Below are positions 8,694 through 15,464 of a DNA stretch of 15,464 bases, one piece after another. Location of the stretch: IMG/VR virus record IMGVR_UViG_2671180268_000006. The stretch is one strand, 5' to 3'. The position numbers and the translations under genes are program-made. Source of the DNA: a virus (taxonomy: Duplodnaviria > Heunggongvirae > Uroviricota > Caudoviricetes). The notes below the pieces were generated by a model, which did not search any database, was not told the DNA's origin, and worked only from the letters and a program-made list of their open reading frames with translations. Each line of letters starts with the position of its first letter. The stretch's first letter is position 1.

Positions 8694-9962
8694 GTTATAA
8701 AAACGCCGGTAAATCGTCCCCAGAGAACCGTTACGTTGTTTCGTGATATTAATTTCTGCTATGCCTGTAGCCTGTGTATCCGGGTTGTACACTTCATCCC
8801 TGTAAAGCATCAGAATGATGTCTGCATCCGCCTCTATTTCTCCGGAATTTTTCAGGTCTGAGTTCATGGGACGTTTATTGGGTCTGGACTCCACACCGCG
8901 GGAGAGCTGGCTCAGCGCAATCAACGGAAAACCACCGGATTTTGCCAGGCCTTTAAGCCCCTTTGAGATTTCACCCACGGCAAGGTCATGACGCCCCGTG
9001 GTTCGGGTTTTTATCAGCCCGAGATAATCAACCACCACCAGCGCCGTTTCCGGATGTTTAATCAGATGGTGTTTCGTTGTTGCGCATATCTCATCAATGG
9101 TCAGGTTCGCCTGGTCCACCATCCAGATATTGCGCCCGGTCATCCGCCCCACCCCTTGTGAGAAACGCGCCCAGTCTTCATCTTCAAAGTGAGCCACAGA
9201 TTTCAGGCGTGATACTGGCATCCCTCCAGCCGCAGACACCATACGTTCACCAATCTGGATGTTCGCCATCTCCATGGTGAACAGAAGCACACCATGCCCC
9301 TGCTCAGTCACCTTGTCGATGATGTCCAGCGCAAGTTCGGTTTTCCCCATCGAAGGACGGGCGGCAATGAATACCAGGTCTCCGGGCTCCATACCGCCTG
9401 TTTTTGCGTCCAGTTCATCAATACCGGTCATCAACGTCCTGGATTTCTCCAGCCCCTGATTCCGGCATTCAACACGCTCAACCACTTCCGGAAGCACATC
9501 ATCAATATGTACCGGCTGAATGACGCCCTTTCCTGTCGACAGTGTGACCATCATGTTCTGCGCATCCTTCAGGGCATCTTCAGCTGCTTCACAGGTATGC
9601 GCATCACGTAATTTCTGCAGCGCCTCATTCAGTGTTTTTTCTGCATCGCGCAGTGCGGCATTGCGCCGCAACGCTGCAACATAGTGCTCCAGTGAAGACT
9701 TCACCCAGGTTTTACGCCCGGTATCAGTAATCACCGGGGCAAGTTCCGGCATCTCATTACACAACAGCACGGGGTCAATCACTCCTGAAACACGGGCCTG
9801 TCTGCAGATGCCTGTGTAGATATCCCGATACGCTCGTACAGAAAAAATGTCCGCCGGTAGTGTGATCAGAATATCCATCACTTCATGATCTGCCCCACGC
9901 AGAAAGAATGCGCCAATGACAGCGCCTTCCAGGTCATCATTACGCCAGACTGGTGTTGTCAT
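8571..9962 (-). CDS. Replicative DNA helicase (DnaB-like)
   Basis: Start set at ATG 9962 (GAGGTG 8 nt upstream), 463 aa. Walker A region DLVFIAARPSMGKTELAL and later LSQLSRGVESRPNKRPMNSDL, EADADIILMLYRDEVY match DnaB-family motifs. The track ORF extends into IS2 and those 47 codons are not part of the gene. Confidence 0.85.
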   Translation of the reverse strand: MTTPVWRNDDLEGAVIGAFFLRGADHEVMDILITLPADIFSVRAYRDIYTGICRQARVSGVIDPVLLCNEMPELAPVITDTGRKTWVKSSLEHYVAALRRNAALRDAEKTLNEALQKLRDAHTCEAAEDALKDAQNMMVTLSTGKGVIQPVHIDDVLPEVVERVECRNQGLEKSRTLMTGIDELDAKTGGMEPGDLVFIAARPSMGKTELALDIIDKVTEQGHGVLLFTMEMANIQIGERMVSAAGGMPVSRLKSVAHFEDEDWARFSQGVGRMTGRNIWMVDQANLTIDEICATTKHHLIKHPETALVVVDYLGLIKTRTTGRHDLAVGEISKGLKGLAKSGGFPLIALSQLSRGVESRPNKRPMNSDLKNSGEIEADADIILMLYRDEVYNPDTQATGIAEINITKQRNGSLGTIYRRFYNGHFLPVDQESAQVLSTPMRQPQPRRYSNTRTDSSKMERFF

Positions 9963-10077
9963 GCAGCCACACCTCTGATACAAGAACGGTAGCTGGGCCA
10001 GTTGAACGACAACCAGTTGCGCCCCCCGTCTGTGATCCTGTCGGCAATGCGGGGGCTGATGAACGCTGGATTTGCCC

Positions 10078-10983
10078 CTATATTTCCAGACACCTGTTAT
10101 CACTTAACCCATTACTGGCTTGCTGCCGTAGATATTCCCGTGGCGAGCGATAACCCAGTGCACTATGCGGATGCCATTCGTTATAATGCTCGAACGCCTC
10201 TGCAAGGTTCTTTGCTGCCGTTAACCCGTCTGGTTTGGGCATGACACTGATGTAGTCACGCTTTATCGTTTTCACGAAGCTCTCTGCTATGCCGTTACTC
10301 TCCGGACTCCGCACCGCCGTGCTCTTCGGTTCAAGCCCCAACATCCGGGCAAACTGCCGTGTTTCATTAGCCCGGTAGCATGAACCATTATCCGTCAGCC
10401 ACTCTACTGGAGACGCCGGAAGCTCGTTGCCGAAGCGGCGTTCCACCGCTCCCAGCATGACGTCCTGTACTGTTTCACTGTTGAAGCCGCCCGTAGTGAC
10501 CGCCCAGTGCAGTGCCTCACGGTCACAGCAGTCCAGCGCGAACGTGACTCGCAGTTTTTCTCCGTTATCACAGCGGAACTCGAACCCGTCAGAGCACCAT
10601 CGCTGATTACTTTCTTTCACAGCCACTCTGCCTGTATGTGCCCGTTTCGATGGCGGTACAGCAGGTTTTCGCTCAAGCAACAGCGCATTCTGGCGCATGA
10701 TCCGGTAAACACGTTTGGCATTGATCGCAGGCATACCATCAAGTTCTGCCTGTCTGCGAAGCAGCGCCCATACCCGACGATAACCATACGTGGGCAGCTC
10801 TCCGATAACATGGTGTATACGGAGAAGCACATCCGTATCATCAGTGTGACGACTGTGGCGGCCATCCATCCAGTCATCGGTTCGTCTGAGAATGACGTGC
10901 AACTGCGCACGCGACACCCGGAGACAACGGCTGACTAAGCTTACTCCCCATCCCCGGGCAATAAGGGCGCGTGCGCTATCCAC
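10078..10983 (-). CDS. insD: IS2 transposase OrfB (InsD), normally made as InsCD fusion by -1 frameshift
   Basis: 301-aa ORF with rve/DDE-type integrase core (…WCSDGFEF…, …LTDNGSCY…, …ESNGIAESF…); overlaps orfA over 10941-10983 where the A6G slippery site sits. Confidence 0.85.
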
Positions 10984-11306
10984 TTTTTTGCCCGTCCATA
11001 TTCAACGGCTTCTTTGAGGAGTTCATTTTCCATCGTTTTCTTGCCGAGCAGGCGCTGGAGTTCTTTAATCTGCTTCATGGCGGCAGCAAGTTCAGAGGCA
11101 GGAACAACCTGTTCTCCGGCGGCGACAGCAGTAAGACTTCCTTCCTGGTATTGCTTACGCCAGAGAAATAACTGGCTGGCTGCTACACCATGTTGCCGGG
11201 CAACGAGGGAGACCGTCATCCCCGGTTCAAAGCTCTGCTGAACAATTGCGATCTTTTCCTGTGTGGTACGCCGTCTGCGTTTCTCCGGCCCTAAGACATC
11301 AATCAT
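10941..11306 (-). CDS. insC: IS2 OrfA (InsC)
   Basis: 121 aa from [41 protein letters not shown]... (helix-turn-helix region); track ORF starts 15 codons earlier at a non-ATG codon. Confidence 0.85.
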
Positions 11307-11397
11307 CTGTACTCCAATGACTAGTCTAAAAACTAGTATTAAGACTATCACTTATTTAAGTGATACTGGTTGTCTGGAGATTCAGGGGGCCAGTCTA

Positions 11398-11417
11398 NNN
11401 NNNNNNNNNNNNNNNNN
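11398..11417. other. Assembly gap (20 N)
   Basis: Run of 20 ambiguous bases starting immediately after the IS2 left end; the classic signature of a scaffold join at a repeat. Confidence 0.95.
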
Positions 11418-11514
11418 GAAGGGAAAGGGCCTTCCCGAGAGTGGTAAAGGAGAGGCCCTGGAAATACCCCACTCCCCCTCTGCCAACCCAATACAGATTT
11501 TAAAGATTATATAG

Positions 11515-11802
<288 letters not shown>

Positions 11803-11860
11803 CGAAAGTATTTAGCGGGCATGAAAATGGCAAATAACGGTCAAACATCGTGGCGTTGAC

Positions 11861-12016
11861 ACAATTGCGATCTTTTCCTGTGTGGTACGCCGTCTGCGTT
11901 TCTCCGGCCCTAAGACATCAATCATCTGTACTCCAATGACTAGTCTAAAAACTAGTATTAAGACTATCACTTATTTAAGTGATACTGGTTGTCTGGAGAT
12001 TCAGGGGGCCAGTCTA
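11861..12016 (-). mobile_element. IS2 left-end fragment (156 bp, same orientation as the complete copy)
   Basis: 11861-12016 is identical or near-identical by eye to 11242-11397 (IS2 left inverted repeat plus first ~21 codons of orfA), ending in the same ...GGGGGCCAGTCTA terminus. Confidence 0.8.
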
Positions 12017-12017
12017 C

Positions 12018-12140
12018 GGACATTTTCTGCCTGTGGACCAGGAAAGTGCACGGGTGCTTTCCACTCCCATGAAGCCCGGCAATCCGCGCAGATACAGTAA
12101 TAAACGAACTGACAGCAGTAAGATGGAGCGTTTCTTTTGA
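12018..12140 (+). pseudogene. 3' remnant of DnaB-like helicase gene (last ~40 codons), truncated by IS2 fragment
   Basis: In-frame translation GHFLPVDQESARVLSTPMKPGNPRRYSNKRTDSSKMERFF* parallels the C-terminus of the intact helicase at 8571..9962; the upstream part is replaced by IS2 sequence at 12016. Confidence 0.7.
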
Positions 12141-12394
12141 ACAACCAGACAATGACTTTTACCCCTGAACAATTGCGTAAACACGCGCAGGAAATGCTGC
12201 GTCATGCTGAACAACTCGAAAAAACGGGCATAACAAAAGACGCTATCCGTAAAGATATGGTACCCGCGCTTCGGGAACTGATGCAGGCGAAGCATCGCGC
12301 ACAGAAAGCAGTAGATGAGCTGGTGGACTGTGTGGCAGAGCTGGAAACCAGAGTCGGAAAGTTTGAAAAACTGGTGCAGGAGGTGCTGCGCTGA
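12137..12394 (+). CDS. Conserved small phage protein (second copy of the 85-aa coiled-coil protein)
   Basis: 85-aa ORF differing from the 8317..8574 product at about six positions; GGAG 8 nt upstream of the TTG at 12137, first ATG at 12152. Confidence 0.6.
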   Translation: MNNQTMTFTPEQLRKHAQEMLRHAEQLEKTGITKDAIRKDMVPALRELMQAKHRAQKAVDELVDCVAELETRVGKFEKLVQEVLR

Positions 12395-12500
12395 TGCGCC
12401 ATGAGTTTATTTTACCTTATCCGCCGACGGTGAATACTTACTGGCGACGTCGTGACAACACATATTTTGTATCAAAAGCCGGTGAGCGTTATCGCCGGGA
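12394..12500 (+). pseudogene. rusA 5' fragment (about 35 codons) joined to a Q gene
   Basis: [35 protein letters not shown] parallels the RusA N-terminus at 8317-8211, then diverges at an ambiguous base (n at 12501); the catalytic region is absent. Confidence 0.7.
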
Positions 12501-12513
12501 NGCAGGTCAAAAA

Positions 12514-13368
12514 ATGAAACTGGAAGATTTACCGAAATACTACTCCCCAAAATCCCCTTGCCTGACCGATGCATCGGCCTCAACGTCAAAAGATGCGCTG
12601 AGTATCACTGATGTGATGGCCGCGCAGGGCATGACACAGAATCGGGCTGAGATGGGGTTTTCTGCGTTCCTGGGGAAAATGGGCATCAGTATGAATGACA
12701 GGGCGCGGGCAACAGAATTACTGGCAGATTATGCACTCAGTCGGTGCGATCGTGTGGCGGCGTTGAGAAAACTTCCGGCAGAAATAAAACCGGTAGTGAT
12801 GCGCATTATGGCTTCGTACGCTTTTGAGGATTATGCCCGCAGCGCAGCGAGTAAAAAGCAGTGCCCTTGTTGCTATGGGGAAAAATTTATTGAAAGCGTA
12901 GTTTTTACAAACAAGGTCCAGTATCCGGATGGTAAGCCGCCGGTATGGGCAAAGTGTACGAAAGGTGTGTATCCGTCTTACTGGGAAGAATGGAAAAAAG
13001 TCAGGGAGGTGGTAAAAGTTGCCTGTCCGGAGTGTGGCGGAAAGGGTGAGGTTTCCACCGCCTGTAAGGATTGCCGTGGGCGTGGTGTCGCCATTCATCG
13101 TGAAGAGTCGGTAAAACGTGGTATGCCTGTTATCAGAGACTGCCAGCGTTGTGGTGGTCGTGGCTATGAAAGACTACCATCAACGGAGGCATTTAATGCT
13201 ATATGCGAGGTGACAAACCAGATAACACGCGCGTCATGGGAAAAAACAGTTAAGAAATTCTATGATGCGCTGGTGACTCGGTTTGATATTGAAGAAGCAT
13301 GGGCTGAGCGGCAGTTAAAAAAGGTAACTAGGTTGATTTTTCCGGAATCTGTGGTAAATTCGTCATAA
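12514..13368 (+). CDS. Q: Antitermination protein Q, lambda-type, with expanded Cys-rich (CxxCxGxG) region
   Basis: From ATG 12514: MKLEDLPKYYSPKSPCLTDASASTSKDALSITDVMAAQGM... parallels lambda Q (HSPKSP...DVMAAMGM, recalled from memory). Three CxxCxGxG-like motifs (CPECGGKG, CKDCRGRG, CQRCGGRG). 284 aa, longer than lambda Q; no strong SD upstream, so start is tentative. Confidence 0.72.
   Translation: MKLEDLPKYYSPKSPCLTDASASTSKDALSITDVMAAQGMTQNRAEMGFSAFLGKMGISMNDRARATELLADYALSRCDRVAALRKLPAEIKPVVMRIMASYAFEDYARSAASKKQCPCCYGEKFIESVVFTNKVQYPDGKPPVWAKCTKGVYPSYWEEWKKVREVVKVACPECGGKGEVSTACKDCRGRGVAIHREESVKRGMPVIRDCQRCGGRGYERLPSTEAFNAICEVTNQITRASWEKTVKKFYDALVTRFDIEEAWAERQLKKVTRLIFPESVVNSS
13333..13360 (+). 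promoter_or_regulatory. Candidate pR'-like promoter overlapping the Q 3' end (TTGATT-16 nt-TAAATT)
   Basis: -35 TTGATT at 13333-13338, 16-nt spacer, -10 TAAATT at 13355-13360, just before the Q stop (13366-13368). Pattern only. Confidence 0.3.
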
Positions 13369-13407
13369 CTATGGGCGTTTTATGCCTGACGTTAGAAGAG
13401 TTTCTAC

Positions 13408-13434
13408 AACCCGCCGCCGAGCGGGTTTTTTATT
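13408..13434 (+). terminator. Rho-independent terminator downstream of Q (tR'-like)
   Basis: AACCCGC-CGCCGA-GCGGGTT hairpin followed by TTTTTTATT, about 40 nt after the Q stop. Confidence 0.55.
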
Positions 13435-13470
13435 GCGGAATTAATTACGGACCGTTATTATTCTGCTCCC

Positions 13471-13546
13471 GGCCCTTTAGCTCAGTGGTGAGAGCGAGCG
13501 ACTCATAATCGCCAGGTCGCTGGTTCAAATCCAGCAAGGGCCACCA
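13471..13546 (+). tRNA. tRNA with CAU anticodon, ileX/ileZ-like (tRNA-Ile2 or Met)
   Basis: GGCCCTTTAGCTCAGTGGTGAGAGCGAGCGACTCATAATCGCCAGGTCGCTGGTTCAAATCCAGCAAGGGCCACCA; acceptor GGCCCTT/AAGGGCC, anticodon loop CTCATAA, CCA encoded. Differs at a few positions from the 6260..6336 copy. Confidence 0.85.
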
Positions 13547-13646
13547 TCACAAACCGCCATTAGCTTATCAGGAAGAGCAGACGACACGATAACAGGGTTG
13601 TTGGTGCGGGGGCGGGTCCCCGATGGCGGTCCATTATCGGTATTCA

Positions 13647-13723
13647 GCGTTGTTAGCTCAGCCGGACAGAGCAATTGCCTTCTAAGCAATCGGTCACTGG
13701 TTCGAATCCAGTACAGCGCGCCA
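13647..13723 (+). tRNA. tRNA-Arg (anticodon UCU)
   Basis: GCGTTGTTAGCTCAGCCGGACAGAGCAATTGCCTTCTAAGCAATCGGTCACTGGTTCGAATCCAGTACAGCGCGCCA; acceptor GCGTTGT/ACAGCGC (one G-U), anticodon loop CTTCTAA, T-loop GGTTCGAATCC. Confidence 0.85.
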
Positions 13724-13860
13724 TATTCATTCTTCCAGATTCCTTCCGGCAGAGCCTTATACTGAAATATACCTGGCTCAGGATATTGTTGAAAATATTT
13801 TATGTTTGTCAAAAATAAAAGTTCTGTTAAGTATTGATTGAGTGTTTGTTATACGGTCTA

Positions 13861-14187
13861 ATGGTTTTTTCAGCATTAAATATTTATCATTCATATGGTG
13901 TGGGTAGAGTGAATATTGATGAGGCGTCGGGGTGTTTCATCCTTAGGCAGCGTATTGATATAGTCAATGCAGCACGAGCAAAGGCCTTCAGCCGTTTGAC
14001 AGTTTTGTTCTGTACTCCTGATCGTCTTTCGGGAAGAGACGTTATTATTCTGAATAGTGATGCTATACAGAGGGTTTGCGATGAGTTCATGGTTGCTAAT
14101 TCAGAATTATTTGCTCTTGTTCAGGAGTACAACAGAATAGCCAGGACCTGTGGTATGGATGAACTTCGGATTACTCATCTGGGGTAG
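13861..14187 (+). CDS. Hypothetical protein in AT-rich cargo island, function unknown
   Basis: Track ORF 13834..14187 starts at TTG; first ATG at 13861 gives 108 aa (MVFSALNIYHSYGVGRVNIDEASGCFILRQRIDIVNAARAKAFSRL...). No recognisable motif and weak SD; coding status uncertain. Confidence 0.4.
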   Translation: MVFSALNIYHSYGVGRVNIDEASGCFILRQRIDIVNAARAKAFSRLTVLFCTPDRLSGRDVIILNSDAIQRVCDEFMVANSELFALVQEYNRIARTCGMDELRITHLG

Positions 14188-14222
14188 ATACATATCTGGA
14201 TTATCACCTGTTACGGTAAAAA

Positions 14223-14354
14223 GTGATTGCTTACTGTTTTTGTGAATGGCATTGCAGCAGCCGGATAATGTCAGTGCTGGCTGACGGTGTGCTGGTGGCG
14301 GGTGTGGTGGTTGTTGCTTTCCCGTTGCTGAAAAAGAAAACGCCAGACTGTTAG
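14223..14354 (+). CDS. Candidate small hydrophobic peptide (28 aa from ATG 14268, 43 aa from GTG 14223)
   Basis: ATG at 14268: MSVLADGVLVAGVVVVAFPLLKKKTPDC*, a single hydrophobic stretch with a polybasic tail. Weak SD (GCCGGA). Highly speculative. Confidence 0.2.
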   Translation: MIAYCFCEWHCSSRIMSVLADGVLVAGVVVVAFPLLKKKTPDC

Positions 14355-14578
14355 CCGGGTATCAGTTAGCGGGAGAAATTTTTAAATACTTCACAATTCA
14401 GGCGGTTGACTGTTGTCTGGTTTGCGGGGAGTTTGTTAAAAGAAACTGGCATGGTGAATCCCCCTGTGCGGAGGGGCAATCAGCGAGTAGGTATATGGGA
14501 TAATCGCGGATTCAGGTGCTGGTACTGAATTCACCGGGAGGCACCCGGCACCATGCAATGGCACATAGCGCCACTCTC

Positions 14579-14614
14579 CAGCCCCTCTCCGGAGGGGCTG
14601 TTTATATTGATTTT
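14579..14614 (+). terminator. Rho-independent terminator in cargo island
   Basis: CAGCCCCT-CTCCGG-AGGGGCTG hairpin followed by TTTATATTGATTTT on the plus strand; on the minus strand the same hairpin has no T-run after it. Confidence 0.5.
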
Positions 14615-14634
14615 GTCAGATGTGAGTAAACTCC

Positions 14635-14970
14635 TTATGGACTTTGTTGTTTTAGTCCATAAGGACATATTTGCAGAGTGCAACGGTTATTAAAGCATTC
14701 ATTCAATACGTTATCTGTATTTGTAGGGCATTCCTGGCTATTTTTGATTGAATTCCAGAATGTTTTATTGAATGGTACTACGTTGTAAATGGTTACAGGT
14801 AGCACTTTGTTATTGAGCATGATGCCTGTGTGAGTCAGTGTAAATATACTTTCAGGAGGTAAGAAAGCATCCGATTGATACCAGATTATTAATTTTATTT
14901 TACTCCATATGACTGAAAAAGATATTCCGCATGATGGCTGGATAACTGTATCAATCACAATCCACTTCAT
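14635..14970 (-). CDS. Hypothetical low-GC protein (111 aa), function unknown
   Basis: ATG start with AAGGAAAC 5-6 nt upstream; markedly AT-rich with several Cys residues near the C-terminus; no obvious signal peptide. Convergent with the 108-aa ORF. Confidence 0.55.
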   Translation of the reverse strand: MKWIVIDTVIQPSCGISFSVIWSKIKLIIWYQSDAFLPPESIFTLTHTGIMLNNKVLPVTIYNVVPFNKTFWNSIKNSQECPTNTDNVLNECFNNRCTLQICPYGLKQQSP

Positions 14971-15230
14971 TTAGTTTCCTTGTTTATGCCTTGCTGGTGA
15001 TGTTCTGAAAAGTATAAATGATATTTTTGAATGTAAACCATAGAGCAGAATTATTTTTCTGATGTTGTTTATTGTTTATTTAAATGCAGGGTGGTTTATA
15101 TCTCGTCTTGTAGTTTATCCATGCATATCTGCTTGATAATCAGGTTTTTATTTAAGGTATGGTTTTGTGTTTTTTCTGTATTACATGTCAGGTATTTTAA
15201 AGAATTATTTTTCAGATGGTGGAAAGAACC

Positions 15231-15404
15231 ATGGCATTTAAACACTATGATGTTGTCAGGGCGGCGCCGCCGTCAGATCTTGCGGAAAAGCTGACACATA
15301 AACTGAAAGAGGGCTGGCAGCCGTTTGGTAGTCCGGTGGCCATAACCCCTTATACCCTGAGGTGTACTGGCAATAGCGGACACTACCATTTGTTCTTTTT
15401 TTAA
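15231..15404 (+). CDS. Small phage protein, function unknown
   Basis: Track ORF 15216..15404; second ATG at 15231 has GGAAAG upstream, giving MAFKHYDVVRAAPPSDLAEKLTHKLKEGWQPFGSPVAITPYTLRCTGNSGHYHLFFF (57 aa). I could not confirm a family name. Confidence 0.45.
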   Translation: MAFKHYDVVRAAPPSDLAEKLTHKLKEGWQPFGSPVAITPYTLRCTGNSGHYHLFFF

Positions 15405-15464
15405 GCAGCCATCTGATGATATTTTTCCCTGAAGGCTGCCGGGGAGATATTCCCCAGACGAGAG

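Larger units (their letters stand above)
10067..11397 (-). mobile_element. IS2 insertion sequence, apparently complete (1331 bp)
   Basis: Terminal sequences TGGATTTGCCCCTATATTTCCAGACA (10067-) and ...TCTCCAGACAACCAGTATCACTTAAATAAGTGATAGTCTTAATACTAGTTTTTAGACTAG with GGGGGCCAGTCTA ending at 11397 match the IS2 ends as I recall them. InsC/InsD are present and a CAAAAAAG slippery heptamer lies in their overlap (plus 10983-10990). Confidence 0.9.
12018..12500 (+). repeat. Inverted repeat copy B
   Basis: Partner of 8211..8693 (see that feature). Confidence 0.8.

Noticed and set aside
9962-10103. N-terminal 47 codons of the track's 510-aa helicase ORF
   Set aside because: This part runs into the IS2 terminal repeat (from 10067) and has no start context; the helicase begins at ATG 9962 with GAGGTG upstream.
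12718-13098. 126-aa minus-strand ORF antisense to the lambda-type Q
   Set aside because: Completely embedded antisense to a recognisable Q gene with no independent signals.
13547-13646. Possible third tRNA between the CAU and Arg tRNAs of segment 2
   Set aside because: No T-loop (GTTCGAATC-type) or acceptor pairing could be found in the 100-bp spacer.
13525-13812. 95-aa minus-strand ORF overlapping the tRNA pair
   Set aside because: Overlaps two well-formed tRNA genes on the opposite strand; not credible as coding.

Overview
This window is a composite of two lambdoid prophage segments lying head-to-head, separated by IS debris and an assembly gap, so adjacency across the middle is uncertain. 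All calls are from reading the sequence and the ORF track by eye; no searches or folding were run. Segment 1 (about 1-10066, genes on the minus strand) carries a near-complete late/packaging module: DnaB-like helicase, an 85-aa protein, RusA, an 82/21-type Q antiterminator with a candidate pR'/tR', an ORF6N-like gene, four tRNAs, a phage-21-type lysis cassette (S pinholin, SAR endolysin R, Rz/Rz1), HNH endonuclease, small and large terminase, a small membrane ORF and the portal. A complete IS2 (10067-11397, with InsC/InsD and an intact A6G frameshift heptamer) sits 105 bp upstream of the helicase start. A 20-N gap follows (11398-11417), then an IstB-like C-terminal fragment and a 156-bp IS2 left-end fragment. 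Segment 2 (12018-end, plus strand) begins with a helicase 3' remnant, the same 85-aa gene and a rusA fragment, forming a roughly 483-bp inverted repeat with segment 1. It then carries a different, lambda-type Q with an expanded Cys-rich region, two tRNAs, and an AT-rich cargo island (about 13730-15215) with two convergent genes of unknown function. That island sits at the classic moron position between Q/tRNAs and the lysis genes and is the best candidate for something undescribed here; I cannot assign its function from sequence alone.
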